64,000 bases of DNA from Pseudogemmobacter hezensis (GTDB taxonomy: Bacteria; Pseudomonadota; Alphaproteobacteria; Rhodobacterales; Rhodobacteraceae): assembly GCF_013155295.1 (NCBI RefSeq), contig NZ_JABJXT010000002.1:241434-305433 (forward strand), written 5' to 3'. The first letter of the stretch is position 1, and each line of letters begins with the position of its first letter. Shown here piece by piece: positions 40,696-50,312 of this stretch. A program made the translations under genes and the position numbers. The notes below the pieces were generated by a model, which saw nothing but the letters and a program-made list of their open reading frames with translations, had not been told where the DNA came from and made no database searches.

Positions 40696-41790
40696 ATGAC
40701 CAGGCCGTTTTCACCGGACGAAGCGCTTTCCGCACGAATTGAGATTGTCCCCAATGCTTTGCTGGTGCCCTATAATGATCCGACCCCCAGGCGGGGCAAA
40801 GTTCATCTCGGCGGAGTTTATCGCAGTGACCTGAGTTTTGTCGAAAACTCGCTGTGTTTTATCTCTGAGACCCGGCAGGTAAATCGGCCGCAACCCGGCA
40901 TACGGGGCGATGATGCCGCGGAACTGGCCGGAACCTGGCTCTTTGGCGGCAAACACGACAGGCGGTTCGGGCATTTTCTGGTTGAAACGCTCAGCCGTCT
41001 CTGGGCGCTGGAGTATTGCCAGGGGCCGATTGCCGGGATTGCCTTTCTGCCGCCAAAGATCGTGCCGGCAAAGCGGGCCAGTCTGCAGCTGCAATCCTCG
41101 GCCCCGCTGTTTGATCTGGTTGGCGAATTGCCCCCTCGCCGGGCTTTCACCGAAAAGACCCGGTTTGAGCGTCTGATCGTGCCCCCCCAGGGATGTGGAG
41201 CCGGGATGATGGCCCCGGGCAGCCCCGAATTCCGCGCCTTCATCAACAGGCGTTTCGCGCCCGGGATCCAACCCAAAGGGGCAAAGAAGCTTTATGTCTC
41301 ACGCACAAAGATGACCGGCACGCCGGGGCATCTGCTGTTTGAGCGGCTGATCGAAGACGCGGCCCGGGAAGAGGGCTATGACATCTTTCATCCGCAAGAG
41401 CATGGTCTGGCAGAGCAGATCGCCAGCTACCGGGCGGCGGATTACATTCTCGGGGTTGAGGGCTCTGCCTTTCACATGATCGCCTTTTCCGCCCGGCCTT
41501 CGGCGAATATCGCGATGATCCGCCGCAGGATGAGCGATGCCGCCGATGGGTTCATCGATCAGATCGCCCGCATCACCGGCGCGAATTGCGTTGATGTGAA
41601 TTGCCTGACCGAGAATTTCTTCATCCCCGACACGCTGCCTATGGCCAATGGCACCCCTGATCTGGGCGCAATCTATGCGCTTTTGCAGCGCGAGGTGTTT
41701 TTCGCCAAACACCACAGCAGCCCTGATCTGACGCCAGAGGTGATCGAGGCTGAGAAAGCGGCGCTGGCCGCCGCTATGACCAAAGAATAG
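40696..41790 (+). CDS. Glycosyltransferase family 61 / DUF563-domain protein
   Basis: 'KKLYVSRTKMTGTPGHLLFERLIEDAAREEGYDIFHPQEHGLAEQIASYRAADYILGVEGSAFHMIAFS' matches the DUF563/GT61 C-terminal signature. Start ambiguous between ATG 40675 and 40696; weak Shine-Dalgarno. Confidence 0.6.
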   Translation: MTRPFSPDEALSARIEIVPNALLVPYNDPTPRRGKVHLGGVYRSDLSFVENSLCFISETRQVNRPQPGIRGDDAAELAGTWLFGGKHDRRFGHFLVETLSRLWALEYCQGPIAGIAFLPPKIVPAKRASLQLQSSAPLFDLVGELPPRRAFTEKTRFERLIVPPQGCGAGMMAPGSPEFRAFINRRFAPGIQPKGAKKLYVSRTKMTGTPGHLLFERLIEDAAREEGYDIFHPQEHGLAEQIASYRAADYILGVEGSAFHMIAFSARPSANIAMIRRRMSDAADGFIDQIARITGANCVDVNCLTENFFIPDTLPMANGTPDLGAIYALLQREVFFAKHHSSPDLTPEVIEAEKAALAAAMTKE

Positions 41791-41891
41791 CCCCGGTATC
41801 TGCCCAGCCGGGCCGCCGAAAAGCGGATAAGGGGATTACGCCGGGGCACCCCGGCAGATCCTGCGCGGGACAAAACGCACCTGCAGAACTG

Positions 41892-41923
41892 AAAAACCCC
41901 GCCATTGGCGGGGCTTTTCTTTA
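41892..41923. terminator. Bidirectional intrinsic terminator between the GT61 gene and rplT
   Basis: AAAAA-CCCCGCC-attg-GGCGGGG-CTTTTCTTT. Confidence 0.55.
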
Positions 41924-41938
41924 ATCCGGGCGAATGCC

Positions 41939-42304
41939 TCAGGCAGCCAGAGCAGCGCGGGCCTTGTCAGCGATCGCGTTGAACGCCTCCGGCTCATGCA
42001 CGGCGAGATCTGCGAGGACTTTGCGGTCCACTTCGATCCCGGCTTTGGCCAGACCGTCGATCAGGCGCGAATAGGTGAAGGCCGGGTCGAACAGACGGAC
42101 CGCAGCATTGATCCGCTGGATCCAGAGGGCGCGGAACTGCCGCTTGCGGACCTTACGGTCGCGGGTCGCGTATTGCTGCGCCTTGTCAACGGCTTGCGTT
42201 GCGGTGCGGAAATTGGTCGAGCGGGCGGCGTAGTAGCCCTTGGCAGCCTTGATCACCTTGCGGTGACGGGCGTGGGTCACTTTACCGGATGTAACGCGGG
42301 ACAT
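41939..42304 (-). CDS. rplT: 50S ribosomal protein L20
   Basis: '[32 protein letters not shown]' is the canonical L20 N-terminus. Confidence 0.95.
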   Translation of the reverse strand: MSRVTSGKVTHARHRKVIKAAKGYYAARSTNFRTATQAVDKAQQYATRDRKVRKRQFRALWIQRINAAVRLFDPAFTYSRLIDGLAKAGIEVDRKVLADLAVHEPEAFNAIADKARAALAA

Positions 42305-42316
42305 ATGTCTCTCTCC

Positions 42317-42517
42317 TTACCGGTTATAGGGCATGTATTTTTTGACGATCTTCGCATCCGAATCGTCCAGGATCATGGTCCCGGTCGCCTGACGGATGAA
42401 GGTCGTCGAACGTTTGATCATGCCGTGGCGCTTACCGGCCACACCGGCCTTCACACGCCCCGAGGCGGTGAAGGAGAACCGCTTTTTCGCAGCGGATTTC
42501 GTCTTCATTTTGGGCAT
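42317..42517 (-). CDS. rpmI: 50S ribosomal protein L35
   Basis: '[14 protein letters not shown]' is the canonical L35 sequence. Confidence 0.95.
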   Translation of the reverse strand: MPKMKTKSAAKKRFSFTASGRVKAGVAGKRHGMIKRSTTFIRQATGTMILDDSDAKIVKKYMPYNR

Positions 42518-42657
42518 TTTACACTCCAGTGCTTTCGCGCGTGATGCGGCATGCCACCTTCGCCGATCTCGCGGTTCTTATAGAAGCCGTTCCTATAGGG
42601 GGTTCAGGCCACAGCGGCAAGGCCTAATCGGGCGGCGCCCCGGCGTTCGGGGCAGAT

Positions 42658-42882
42658 TCAGGGCAGATAACGCCAGATCACCGCGCCCATGACGCCCGGA
42701 ATCTCTGACACTTCATACCCGCCCGGCTTTTGCGTGAATGCGGTGATCACCAGGGCTGTGGCGATCACCACCATCAATGTTCCGATTCGGCCGGCCCGGC
42801 CATCGACCCAGGCCGCGAGCATCGCCGGAATGGTCAGAACGCCTATGACGACACCAGCCGTCAGCAGAATATCCGCGTCCAT
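42658..42882 (-). CDS. Small hypothetical two-TM membrane protein
   Basis: 74 aa with two hydrophobic helices, between pyk and rpmI on the same strand. No recognisable family. Confidence 0.4.
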   Translation of the reverse strand: MDADILLTAGVVIGVLTIPAMLAAWVDGRAGRIGTLMVVIATALVITAFTQKPGGYEVSEIPGVMGAVIWRYLP

Positions 42883-42917
42883 ACCAACCCCACCGAATAC
42901 CTCACTACAGGCAGAGG

Positions 42918-44366
42918 TTAGCCGGGGTCAGACTTTGAAATCAACCGTTCATCGCAGGGCGCAACCCTGAGGATATTGGTCGAGCCGGGCACATTGAACG
43001 GCACGCCCGCCGTGACCACGATCTGATCGGTTTCGTCGGCGAACCCAGCCGAGCGCGCCGCGCGGATCGCGGAAAGCACCGCGCCCTTGAACCGCTCTTG
43101 CTCGGGCACCAGGGCGCAATGCACGCCCCAGGTCAGCGCAAGGCGGCGCGCGGTTTCAACCAGCGGAGTCAGCGCGATAATCGGCACATGTGGACGCTCA
43201 CGCGCCACAAGGCCCACCGTCTGGCCGGATTGGGTGAAGCAGGCGATCGCCTTGATGTCAGTCGCCTCGGCAATCTCACGGGCGGCGGCGACGATACCAT
43301 CGGCCACCGTCTCACGCTTGACCACGCGGCTGGCGTCGATGATCGAGATATAGGTCGCGTCAGCCTCGACCGAGCGGGCGACATTGTCCATCGTGGTGAC
43401 CGCCTCAACCGGGAAACGGCCGGCAGCCGATTCGGCCGACAGCATCACCGCATCCGCGCCCTCATAGATCGCGGTGGCGACATCCGAGACCTCGGCGCGG
43501 GTCGGCATCGGGTTTTCGATCATCGATTCCAGCATCTGGGTGGCGACGATCACCGGCTTCGCGGCGGCGCGGGCCTTGCGCACCAGACGTTTCTGGATCG
43601 GCGGCACCGAATGGACCGGCAGCTCAACCCCCAGATCGCCACGGGCAACCATGATACCATCCGAGACCGCGAGGATCTCTTCATAGGCCTTCACCGCGGC
43701 AGGCTTTTCGATCTTCGACAGGATCGCGGCGCGGCCTTTGGCCAGAGCGCGGGCCTCATGCACATCCTCGGCGCGTTGCACGAAGGACAGCGCCAGCCAG
43801 TCGACGCCCAGCTCGCAGACGAATTCCAGATCCTTGCGATCCTTGTCCGACAAAGCCGCCAGCGGCAGCACCACGTCAGGCACGTTCACGCCCTTGCGGT
43901 TCGAGATAACGCCGCCGATCTCAACCACGCAATCGGCAAAATCCTTGCCGCATTCCAGCACTTTCAGCCGGATCTTGCCGTCATTGACCAAAAGCGTGGC
44001 GCCAGGTTCCAGGGCTGCGAAAATCTCAGGGTGCGGCAGCTGCACGCGGGTCGCGTCACCCAGGGCCTTATCCAGATCAAGGCGGAATTTCGCGCCATCG
44101 GCCAGGTCATGCCCTCCATCTGCGGCAAAGGCGCCGACGCGCAGCTTTGGCCCCTGCAGGTCAGCCAGGATGCCGATCGGGCGGCCAAGGTCGCTTTCGA
44201 CCTGGCGGATGATGGTATGACGCTCGCGGATGTCGTCATGGGTGCCATGGCTCATATTCAGGCGGAACACATCGGCCCCGGCGGTGAAGAGCTGGCAGAT
44301 CATGTCATAGGTGCTGGAAGCAGGCCCCAGCGTTGCGACAACCTTGACGTTACGGTGACGGCGCAT
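42918..44366 (-). CDS. pyk: Pyruvate kinase
   Basis: 'VKVVATLGPAS' and 'FRLNMSHGTHDD' motifs and the barrel / C-terminal domain order. Start at ATG 44366 with an AGGAGGA Shine-Dalgarno. Confidence 0.95.
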   Translation of the reverse strand: MRRHRNVKVVATLGPASSTYDMICQLFTAGADVFRLNMSHGTHDDIRERHTIIRQVESDLGRPIGILADLQGPKLRVGAFAADGGHDLADGAKFRLDLDKALGDATRVQLPHPEIFAALEPGATLLVNDGKIRLKVLECGKDFADCVVEIGGVISNRKGVNVPDVVLPLAALSDKDRKDLEFVCELGVDWLALSFVQRAEDVHEARALAKGRAAILSKIEKPAAVKAYEEILAVSDGIMVARGDLGVELPVHSVPPIQKRLVRKARAAAKPVIVATQMLESMIENPMPTRAEVSDVATAIYEGADAVMLSAESAAGRFPVEAVTTMDNVARSVEADATYISIIDASRVVKRETVADGIVAAAREIAEATDIKAIACFTQSGQTVGLVARERPHVPIIALTPLVETARRLALTWGVHCALVPEQERFKGAVLSAIRAARSAGFADETDQIVVTAGVPFNVPGSTNILRVAPCDERLISKSDPG

Positions 44367-44551
44367 GCCATCCTCCTGTCTCGAATTTCGTGTTACAATG
44401 TGGGCCATCCGCGTTATGGCGCAGAATGTTAGCGCCCGCAACAGAACGATTTGTAACGATGCCGTCTTTCGCATTGCGGATGCTTGGCCGGGGGGCCTGA
44501 ATAGGATACCCCGATGAAAGAACAGGCGATTACAGCGGGGCTGCGGCAAAA

Positions 44552-45307
44552 ATGGCGGCAGAGACAGCACAGGACGCATATCATATTGAAGGCGAGGGCC
44601 GCCCCGGCCGCTGGCTGGTCACCTGCGATCACGCCACGAACCGGGTGCCCGACTGGGTGAATGGCGGCGATCTGGGCCTGCCGCCCGCCGATATGGCCCG
44701 CCATATCGCCTTTGACCCCGGCGCGCTTGGGCTGGCGCGGGCGCTGGCGCAAGACCTGGACAGCCCGGTGATTTCCACGGATTTCTCGCGGCTGGTGATC
44801 GACCCGAACCGGGGCGAGGATGATCCGACGCTGGTGATGCGGCTTTATGACGGCTCGGTCATTCCGGCCAACCGCCGGATTGACGCCGCCGGGATCGAGG
44901 CACGGCTGAACCGGCTTTACCGCCCCTATCACGCGGCCCTGGCGCGGCTGGCAGCGCAGCGGCAGGATGTTGCGATCCTGGCGATCCATTCCTTCACCCC
45001 ATGTCTGCGCGGGCGTCCGCCCCGGCCCTGGCATGTCGGCGTCCTGCATTCGCATCTCGACAGCCGCCTGTCGCGCCCGCTGCTGGCGGGGCTGAACTGT
45101 GAGGCCGATCTTTGCATCGGCGACAATGAGCCCTATTCCGGCCATCTGCCCGGCGATTCCATCGACCGCCATGCCCTTGCGCAGGGACGGCACAATACAT
45201 TGATAGAGCTGCGCAATGATCTGATCACCGATGCCGCCAGCCAGCAGGCCTGGGCCAAGCGCCTTGCGCCGATCCTGGAGGCCGCCCTTGAATCCGCCCG
45301 CTCCTGA
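44552..45307 (+). CDS. N-formylglutamate amidohydrolase family protein
   Basis: 'WLVTCDHATNRVP' and 'LAIHSFTP' motifs of the FGase family. Confidence 0.75.
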   Translation: MAAETAQDAYHIEGEGRPGRWLVTCDHATNRVPDWVNGGDLGLPPADMARHIAFDPGALGLARALAQDLDSPVISTDFSRLVIDPNRGEDDPTLVMRLYDGSVIPANRRIDAAGIEARLNRLYRPYHAALARLAAQRQDVAILAIHSFTPCLRGRPPRPWHVGVLHSHLDSRLSRPLLAGLNCEADLCIGDNEPYSGHLPGDSIDRHALAQGRHNTLIELRNDLITDAASQQAWAKRLAPILEAALESARS

Positions 45308-45347
45308 AACCGCCCGCTCCTGACGCCACCCTTTCCTGAGGCCCGCC

Positions 45348-45689
45348 ATGTCTGACACCCCTGCCCTGCCCGTCCTCCCCGACCAGACCCGGACCGAGCT
45401 GGAGGCCGCAACCTTTCGCGCCCTGATGCACCATCTGCTGCAGGCGCGGCCCGATGTGCAGAATATCGACCTGATGAACCTGGCCGGATTTTGCCGCAAC
45501 TGCCTGAGCCGCTGGTATCAGGAGGCCGCAGGGGCCCAGGGCATCGAACTGTCGAAAGACCAGGCCCGAGAGATCGTCTATGGCATGCCCTATGCGGACT
45601 GGGTGGCCTCGAATCAGACAGAGGCCGGGGCCGACAAGCAGGCCGCCTTCCGCGAGGCCTTTGCCCGCAACGTCACCGACAAGGCCTGA
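45348..45689 (+). CDS. DUF1244-domain protein
   Basis: 113 aa; conserved 'LAGFCRNCLSRWY' CxxC motif. Confidence 0.7.
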   Translation: MSDTPALPVLPDQTRTELEAATFRALMHHLLQARPDVQNIDLMNLAGFCRNCLSRWYQEAAGAQGIELSKDQAREIVYGMPYADWVASNQTEAGADKQAAFREAFARNVTDKA

Positions 45690-45863
45690 GCAAGGCCTGA
45701 GGCGGCCAGCAAAGGCGCGGAAACAATCCCGGATTGCGGCCAGTATTTCGGGTAATTGCAGCAACATTTAATCAACCTTTAGCTGATTTTCTTGACTCCA
45801 ATTCGCGCAAGGATCATCGCTGCTGAATATATTGGCATTATTCAGTCGGTGGGGGCTGCCGCG

Positions 45864-46856
45864 ATGGAATTTCTGTTTCTTCTTCCTGTCTTACTGGTCG
45901 CAGGCGTCTTCGTCGCCCTTGATGATGATGACAAGGATGATGAGGGCGATTCGCCCGATAACCCCCATGTGATCCGCGGCACCGATGATGTTGACCGCCT
46001 TGAGGGCACCGGCGAAAGCGATGCGATCTATGGCGGCGGCGGCAATGATGCGCTGATCGGCCGGGGCGGCGATGACCTGCTTTATGGCGGCGAAGGTGCA
46101 GACGCGCTTTATGGCAATATGGGCAATGACACCCTGATCGGCGGCGAGGGCAACGACACCTTGCAGGGCAATCAGGGCGACGACACCCTCTATGGCGGCG
46201 CGGGTGATGATTACGGCCAGATCGTCGCAGGCGAAGGCAATGACCATTTCTACGGCGGCGATGGCAATGATGTGCTGAACGGCCGCGATGCGGATGGCGA
46301 CACCTTTGCGCGGGGCGGCGCCGGGCGTGACGTCATGCATACCGGCACCGGCGATGACACGCTTTATGGCGATGCCGGCAATGACGCGCTGCGCTCGCTG
46401 GGCGGATCCGACACCTTCTATGGCGGCGTCGGCAATGACTATATCCGCTCGACCGATCTGGACCCTGACCATGTCGGCAATGACCTGCTGTTCGGCGGCG
46501 ATGGCAATGACCGGCTGACCGCCGATGGCGGCGACACGCTGACCGGCGGCGAAGGTCAGGACATTTTTGAGCTGGATCACCGCGGCCTTGGCGAAGGCGT
46601 GATGACCGTCACCGATTACAGCCCCTCCCAGGACGAGCTGCATATCCATGTGCTGGAAGGCCCGGAACTTCCCGAAGTCAGCCTTCGCGCCTCGGGCACC
46701 GGAACCATCGTAACCGTGAACGGCATCGACGAGGTTTTCCTGGAAAACATCGCCCCCGATGCCGTCAACAGCGACGATTTCTTCGTGACGCGCCACGTCA
46801 CCCCGGCCCCCGTCCCGGCCCCTGTTTCCGATCAGAGCCCGCTTATCCGCATCTGA
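45864..46856 (+). CDS. RTX-type calcium-binding repeat protein (hemolysin-type GGxGxDxUx nonapeptide repeats), probably secreted
   Basis: N-terminal hydrophobic segment (MEFLFLLPVLLVAGVFVAL), an acidic stretch, then more than 15 GG.G.D.L.G nonapeptide repeats. Confidence 0.8.
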   Translation: MEFLFLLPVLLVAGVFVALDDDDKDDEGDSPDNPHVIRGTDDVDRLEGTGESDAIYGGGGNDALIGRGGDDLLYGGEGADALYGNMGNDTLIGGEGNDTLQGNQGDDTLYGGAGDDYGQIVAGEGNDHFYGGDGNDVLNGRDADGDTFARGGAGRDVMHTGTGDDTLYGDAGNDALRSLGGSDTFYGGVGNDYIRSTDLDPDHVGNDLLFGGDGNDRLTADGGDTLTGGEGQDIFELDHRGLGEGVMTVTDYSPSQDELHIHVLEGPELPEVSLRASGTGTIVTVNGIDEVFLENIAPDAVNSDDFFVTRHVTPAPVPAPVSDQSPLIRI

Positions 46857-46895
46857 CGGGACAGCCAGAACAGCCAGTTAAGGCACAGCCAGTTG

Positions 46896-46931
46896 AAAAA
46901 GGGCCGCTCCAACACCGGAGCGGCCCTTTTG
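46896..46931. terminator. Bidirectional intrinsic terminator between the RTX gene and dat
   Basis: AAAAA-GGGCCGCTCC-aacacc-GGAGCGGCCC-TTTTT. Confidence 0.6.
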
Positions 46932-46959
46932 TCGTTCAGGAGTTTACTCCCAGCGCGGT

Positions 46960-47817
46960 TCAGACCGCCGCTTTGTTCATCTCATCAAGATAGATCTCAC
47001 GCATCCGCGCTGCCACCTTGCCCGGCTTGCCGGTGCCGATAGAAGCGCCGTCCAGTTCGACCACCGGCATCACAAAGGCCGAGGCCGAGGTGATGAAAGC
47101 CTCATCCGCTGCCTGCGCCTCTTCGACGGTGAACAGGCGTTCCTCGATCTCGAACTGCGCCTCTTTGGCAAAACGCAGCACCGCCGCGCGGGTGATCCCG
47201 TGCAGGATATCCGAGGACAGCGGGCGGGTGATGATCTTATTGCCCTTCACAATATAGGCGTTGTTCGAGGTGCCCTCGGTCACATGGCCATCTTCGGTGA
47301 ACCAGGCATCATCGACGCCCGCTTTCTTGGCCATCATCTTGCCCATCGACGGATAGAGAAGCTGCACCGTCTTGATGTCGCGCCGCCCCCAGCGGATGTC
47401 CGGGATAGAGATCACCCGCAGCCCGATCTTCGCCTGCGGATTGTCGGCAAGCCCCGCCTTGGCCTGGGTGAACAGCACCACGGTCGGTGCGACGCCCGGG
47501 CCCCAGGCGAAATCCCGGTCGCCCGGATTGCCGCGCGTGACCTGCAGATAGACCATGCCCTCGGTGACATTGTTCAGCGCGACCAGCTCACGATGCACGG
47601 CCAGCCATTCATCCGCGCTGAGCGGATTGTCCATCTCCAGCTCATCCAGCGAGCGCTGCAGCCGCGCGACATGGCCGCCAAAGTCGATCAGCTTGCCATT
47701 CAGAACCGAAGTTACCTCATAAACGCCATCCGCCATCAGAAAACCGCGGTCGAAAATGGAAACCGTGGCCTCGGTTTCGGGCAGATACTGGCCATTCACA
47801 TAGACGGTACGGGTCAT
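46960..47817 (-). CDS. dat: D-amino-acid (D-alanine) aminotransferase, PLP fold type IV
   Basis: 285 aa; 'FDRGFLMADGVYEV' and 'TEGTSNNAYIV' motifs. Start at ATG 47817. Confidence 0.8.
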   Translation of the reverse strand: MTRTVYVNGQYLPETEATVSIFDRGFLMADGVYEVTSVLNGKLIDFGGHVARLQRSLDELEMDNPLSADEWLAVHRELVALNNVTEGMVYLQVTRGNPGDRDFAWGPGVAPTVVLFTQAKAGLADNPQAKIGLRVISIPDIRWGRRDIKTVQLLYPSMGKMMAKKAGVDDAWFTEDGHVTEGTSNNAYIVKGNKIITRPLSSDILHGITRAAVLRFAKEAQFEIEERLFTVEEAQAADEAFITSASAFVMPVVELDGASIGTGKPGKVAARMREIYLDEMNKAAV

Positions 47818-47821
47818 GCTG

Positions 47822-48784
47822 TTATCCCCAGAGTGCGCGTGTCGGCGGATGAAGCTGCGAAAGATCATAGTGCAGCGGATGAGGGCGGTCTTCTGCCAGC
47901 AAGAGCGGCCCGTCAAGATCAACATGCGCCGCACCCTGCGCCAGCATGACCGCAGGGGCCATGCCAAGGCTGGTGCCGACCATACAGCCCACCATGATGC
48001 CAAAGCCCTGCTTTACAGCCGCATCGCGCAGGGCCAGCGCCTCGGTCAGGCCGCCGGTCTTGTCCAGCTTGATATTGATCACGTCATAGCGGCCCTGCAA
48101 TTCGTGCAGACCGGCGCGGTCATGGCAGCTTTCATCGGCGCAAACCGGCAGCGGCCGGGCCATATCGGCCAGCGCCTGATCCTGGCCTGCGGGCAGGGGC
48201 TGCTCGACCAGCACCACCCCCATATTGACCAGACGCGGCGCCAGATCGCGGTAGACATCCGCCGTCCAGCCCTCATTGGCGTCGATGATCAGCCGGGCGT
48301 TGGGGGCACCACGGCGCACCGCCTCAAGTCGGGGCATGTCATCGGGGGTGCCGAGTTTGATCTTCAGCACCGGGCGGTTCTGGGCGGCCCGCGCCGCCGC
48401 CTCCATCTGATCGGGCGCGGCCAGTGAAAGGGTGAAGGCGGTGGTGACGGGGGCGGGCTCTGGCAGCCCGGCCAGCGTCCAGGCGCGCGTATTGGCGGCT
48501 TTCGCCTCAAGATCCCACAGGGCGCAGTCAACGGCATTTCGCGCAGCCCCCGGCGGCAGCGCGTCCTGCAGGTCTTTGCGGGTGATCGCCTCTGGCAGGG
48601 CCCGGATCTGCGCCAGGACCGAGTCGATACTTTCCCCGTAACGCGCATAGGGCACGCATTCGCCGCTGCCGGTAACACCGCCACGGGTGATGCGAACCGT
48701 TACAACCTGCGCCTCGGTCTTTGAGCCACGGCTGATGGTGAAAACCTGTGCGAGACGAAACCGCTCGGTCGTGACTGTGATCAT
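47822..48784 (-). CDS. Dipeptide epimerase (L-Ala-D/L-Glu epimerase-like; enolase superfamily, MR/MLE subgroup)
   Basis: KxK motif (LKIKLG), and 'IDANEGW' and 'ADES' metal-ligand motifs. Lies 5 nt upstream of dat. Confidence 0.8.
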   Translation of the reverse strand: MITVTTERFRLAQVFTISRGSKTEAQVVTVRITRGGVTGSGECVPYARYGESIDSVLAQIRALPEAITRKDLQDALPPGAARNAVDCALWDLEAKAANTRAWTLAGLPEPAPVTTAFTLSLAAPDQMEAAARAAQNRPVLKIKLGTPDDMPRLEAVRRGAPNARLIIDANEGWTADVYRDLAPRLVNMGVVLVEQPLPAGQDQALADMARPLPVCADESCHDRAGLHELQGRYDVINIKLDKTGGLTEALALRDAAVKQGFGIMVGCMVGTSLGMAPAVMLAQGAAHVDLDGPLLLAEDRPHPLHYDLSQLHPPTRALWG

Positions 48785-49008
48785 TTGACCCTCTGCCCGT
48801 TCTGACCTGTCGTTCTGGACCATCATTCCCGGCCCTCATTCCTGGCCCTCAGCGCCCTGTCTCGCCTGGGCGCGGTAAGGGCAAGTAAATTCCACGCTGC
48901 TTTGCGGCAGGATGATTCTGCAGGCGCAAATTCTTCTTGCAGGCCACAAGGTAACAATCTACCAATTTTTGCAATCAAATCAGAATATGATTACCAAAGG
49001 ATCACGCG

Positions 49009-49968
49009 ATGAGCTTTCGCCTTCAGCCCGCTGCGCCTGCCCGGCCCAATCGCTGCCAGCTTTTCGGCCCCGGCTCGCGCCCGGCGCTGTTTGAGAAGAT
49101 GGCCGCCTCGGCGGCAGATGTGATCAATCTCGATCTGGAGGATTCCGTCGCCCCCCAGGACAAGGATCAGGCGCGGCAGAATATCATCCAGGCCGTGAAC
49201 AGCATCGACTGGGGGAAAAAGACCCTGTCGGTGCGGATCAATGGCCTCGACACCCCCTGGTGGTATCGGGATGTGGTCGATTTGCTGGAACAGGCCGGGG
49301 ATCGCCTTGACCAGATCATGATCCCCAAGGTCGGCTGCGCTGCCGATGTCTATGCGGTCGATGCGCTGGTGACCGCGATCGAGCGGGCAAAGGGCCGGCA
49401 AAAACCGATCAGCTTTGAAGTCATCATCGAAACGGCTGCCGGAATTGCCCATGTCGGGGAAATCGCCGCCTCCAGCCCGCGCCTGCAGGCGATGAGCCTT
49501 GGCGCGGCCGATTTCGCAGCCTCGATGGGGATGCAGACGACGGGCATCGGTGGCACGCAAGAGAATTACTACATGCACCGCCAGGGCGAGAAATACTGGT
49601 CTGACCCCTGGCACTGGGCCCAGGCCGCAATCGTCGCCGCCTGCCGCACCCATGGCGTGCTGCCGGTCGATGGGCCCTTTGGCGACTTTTCAGATGATGA
49701 GGGCTTTCGCGCCCAGGCGCTGCGCTCGGCCACGCTGGGCATGGTCGGCAAATGGGCCATTCACCCGAAACAGGTGGCGCTGGCCAATGAGGTCTTCACC
49801 CCCTCTGAGGCCGCGGTGGCTGAAGCCCGCGAAATCCTTGCCGCGATGGAGGCCGCAAAAGCCGCAGGCCAGGGCGCTGCAACCTATAAGGGCCGGCTGG
49901 TCGACATTGCATCAATGCGCCAGGCCGAAGTCATCACGCGCCAGGCTGAAATCATTTCGCAAAACTAG
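49009..49968 (+). CDS. mcl1: L-malyl-CoA / beta-methylmalyl-CoA lyase (HpcH/CitE-like aldolase)
   Basis: The N-terminus 'MSFRLQPAAPARPNRCQLFGPGSRPALFEKMAASAADVINLDLEDSVAP' matches my recollection of Rhodobacter Mcl1 and is at least CitE/HpcH-family. AAAGGA Shine-Dalgarno. Confidence 0.85.
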   Translation: MSFRLQPAAPARPNRCQLFGPGSRPALFEKMAASAADVINLDLEDSVAPQDKDQARQNIIQAVNSIDWGKKTLSVRINGLDTPWWYRDVVDLLEQAGDRLDQIMIPKVGCAADVYAVDALVTAIERAKGRQKPISFEVIIETAAGIAHVGEIAASSPRLQAMSLGAADFAASMGMQTTGIGGTQENYYMHRQGEKYWSDPWHWAQAAIVAACRTHGVLPVDGPFGDFSDDEGFRAQALRSATLGMVGKWAIHPKQVALANEVFTPSEAAVAEAREILAAMEAAKAAGQGAATYKGRLVDIASMRQAEVITRQAEIISQN

Positions 49969-50312
49969 CGGGAATCCGTTGACACATTGCTTTTACATTG
50001 TGCAACATCTTTCCAACGGCGCTCAACCACAGGGCAATGCCAAAAGAACACCCGAGCCGCGACCACAGGGAGAGGAGGCCCTGCGCGGCAATCCGGGAGG
50101 ACGCACGCCTCATAGTTCAGGACAGTGGTCCAGGGCTATGGGGCGTTGCCATTTCTGACCCTTTGCAGTCCATCCCTCACCGCCCCCGAAGCCGATGGCG
50201 CTGCCCGCGCACGCAGGGATGGTGCCCGCTCTGCGCCTGGCCTTTGTGCTGAGAGTTGCACTTCGCCGCCTTCCTCGCCATATAGGGGGTGATCAAAATA
50301 AGGGTCCTGCGC

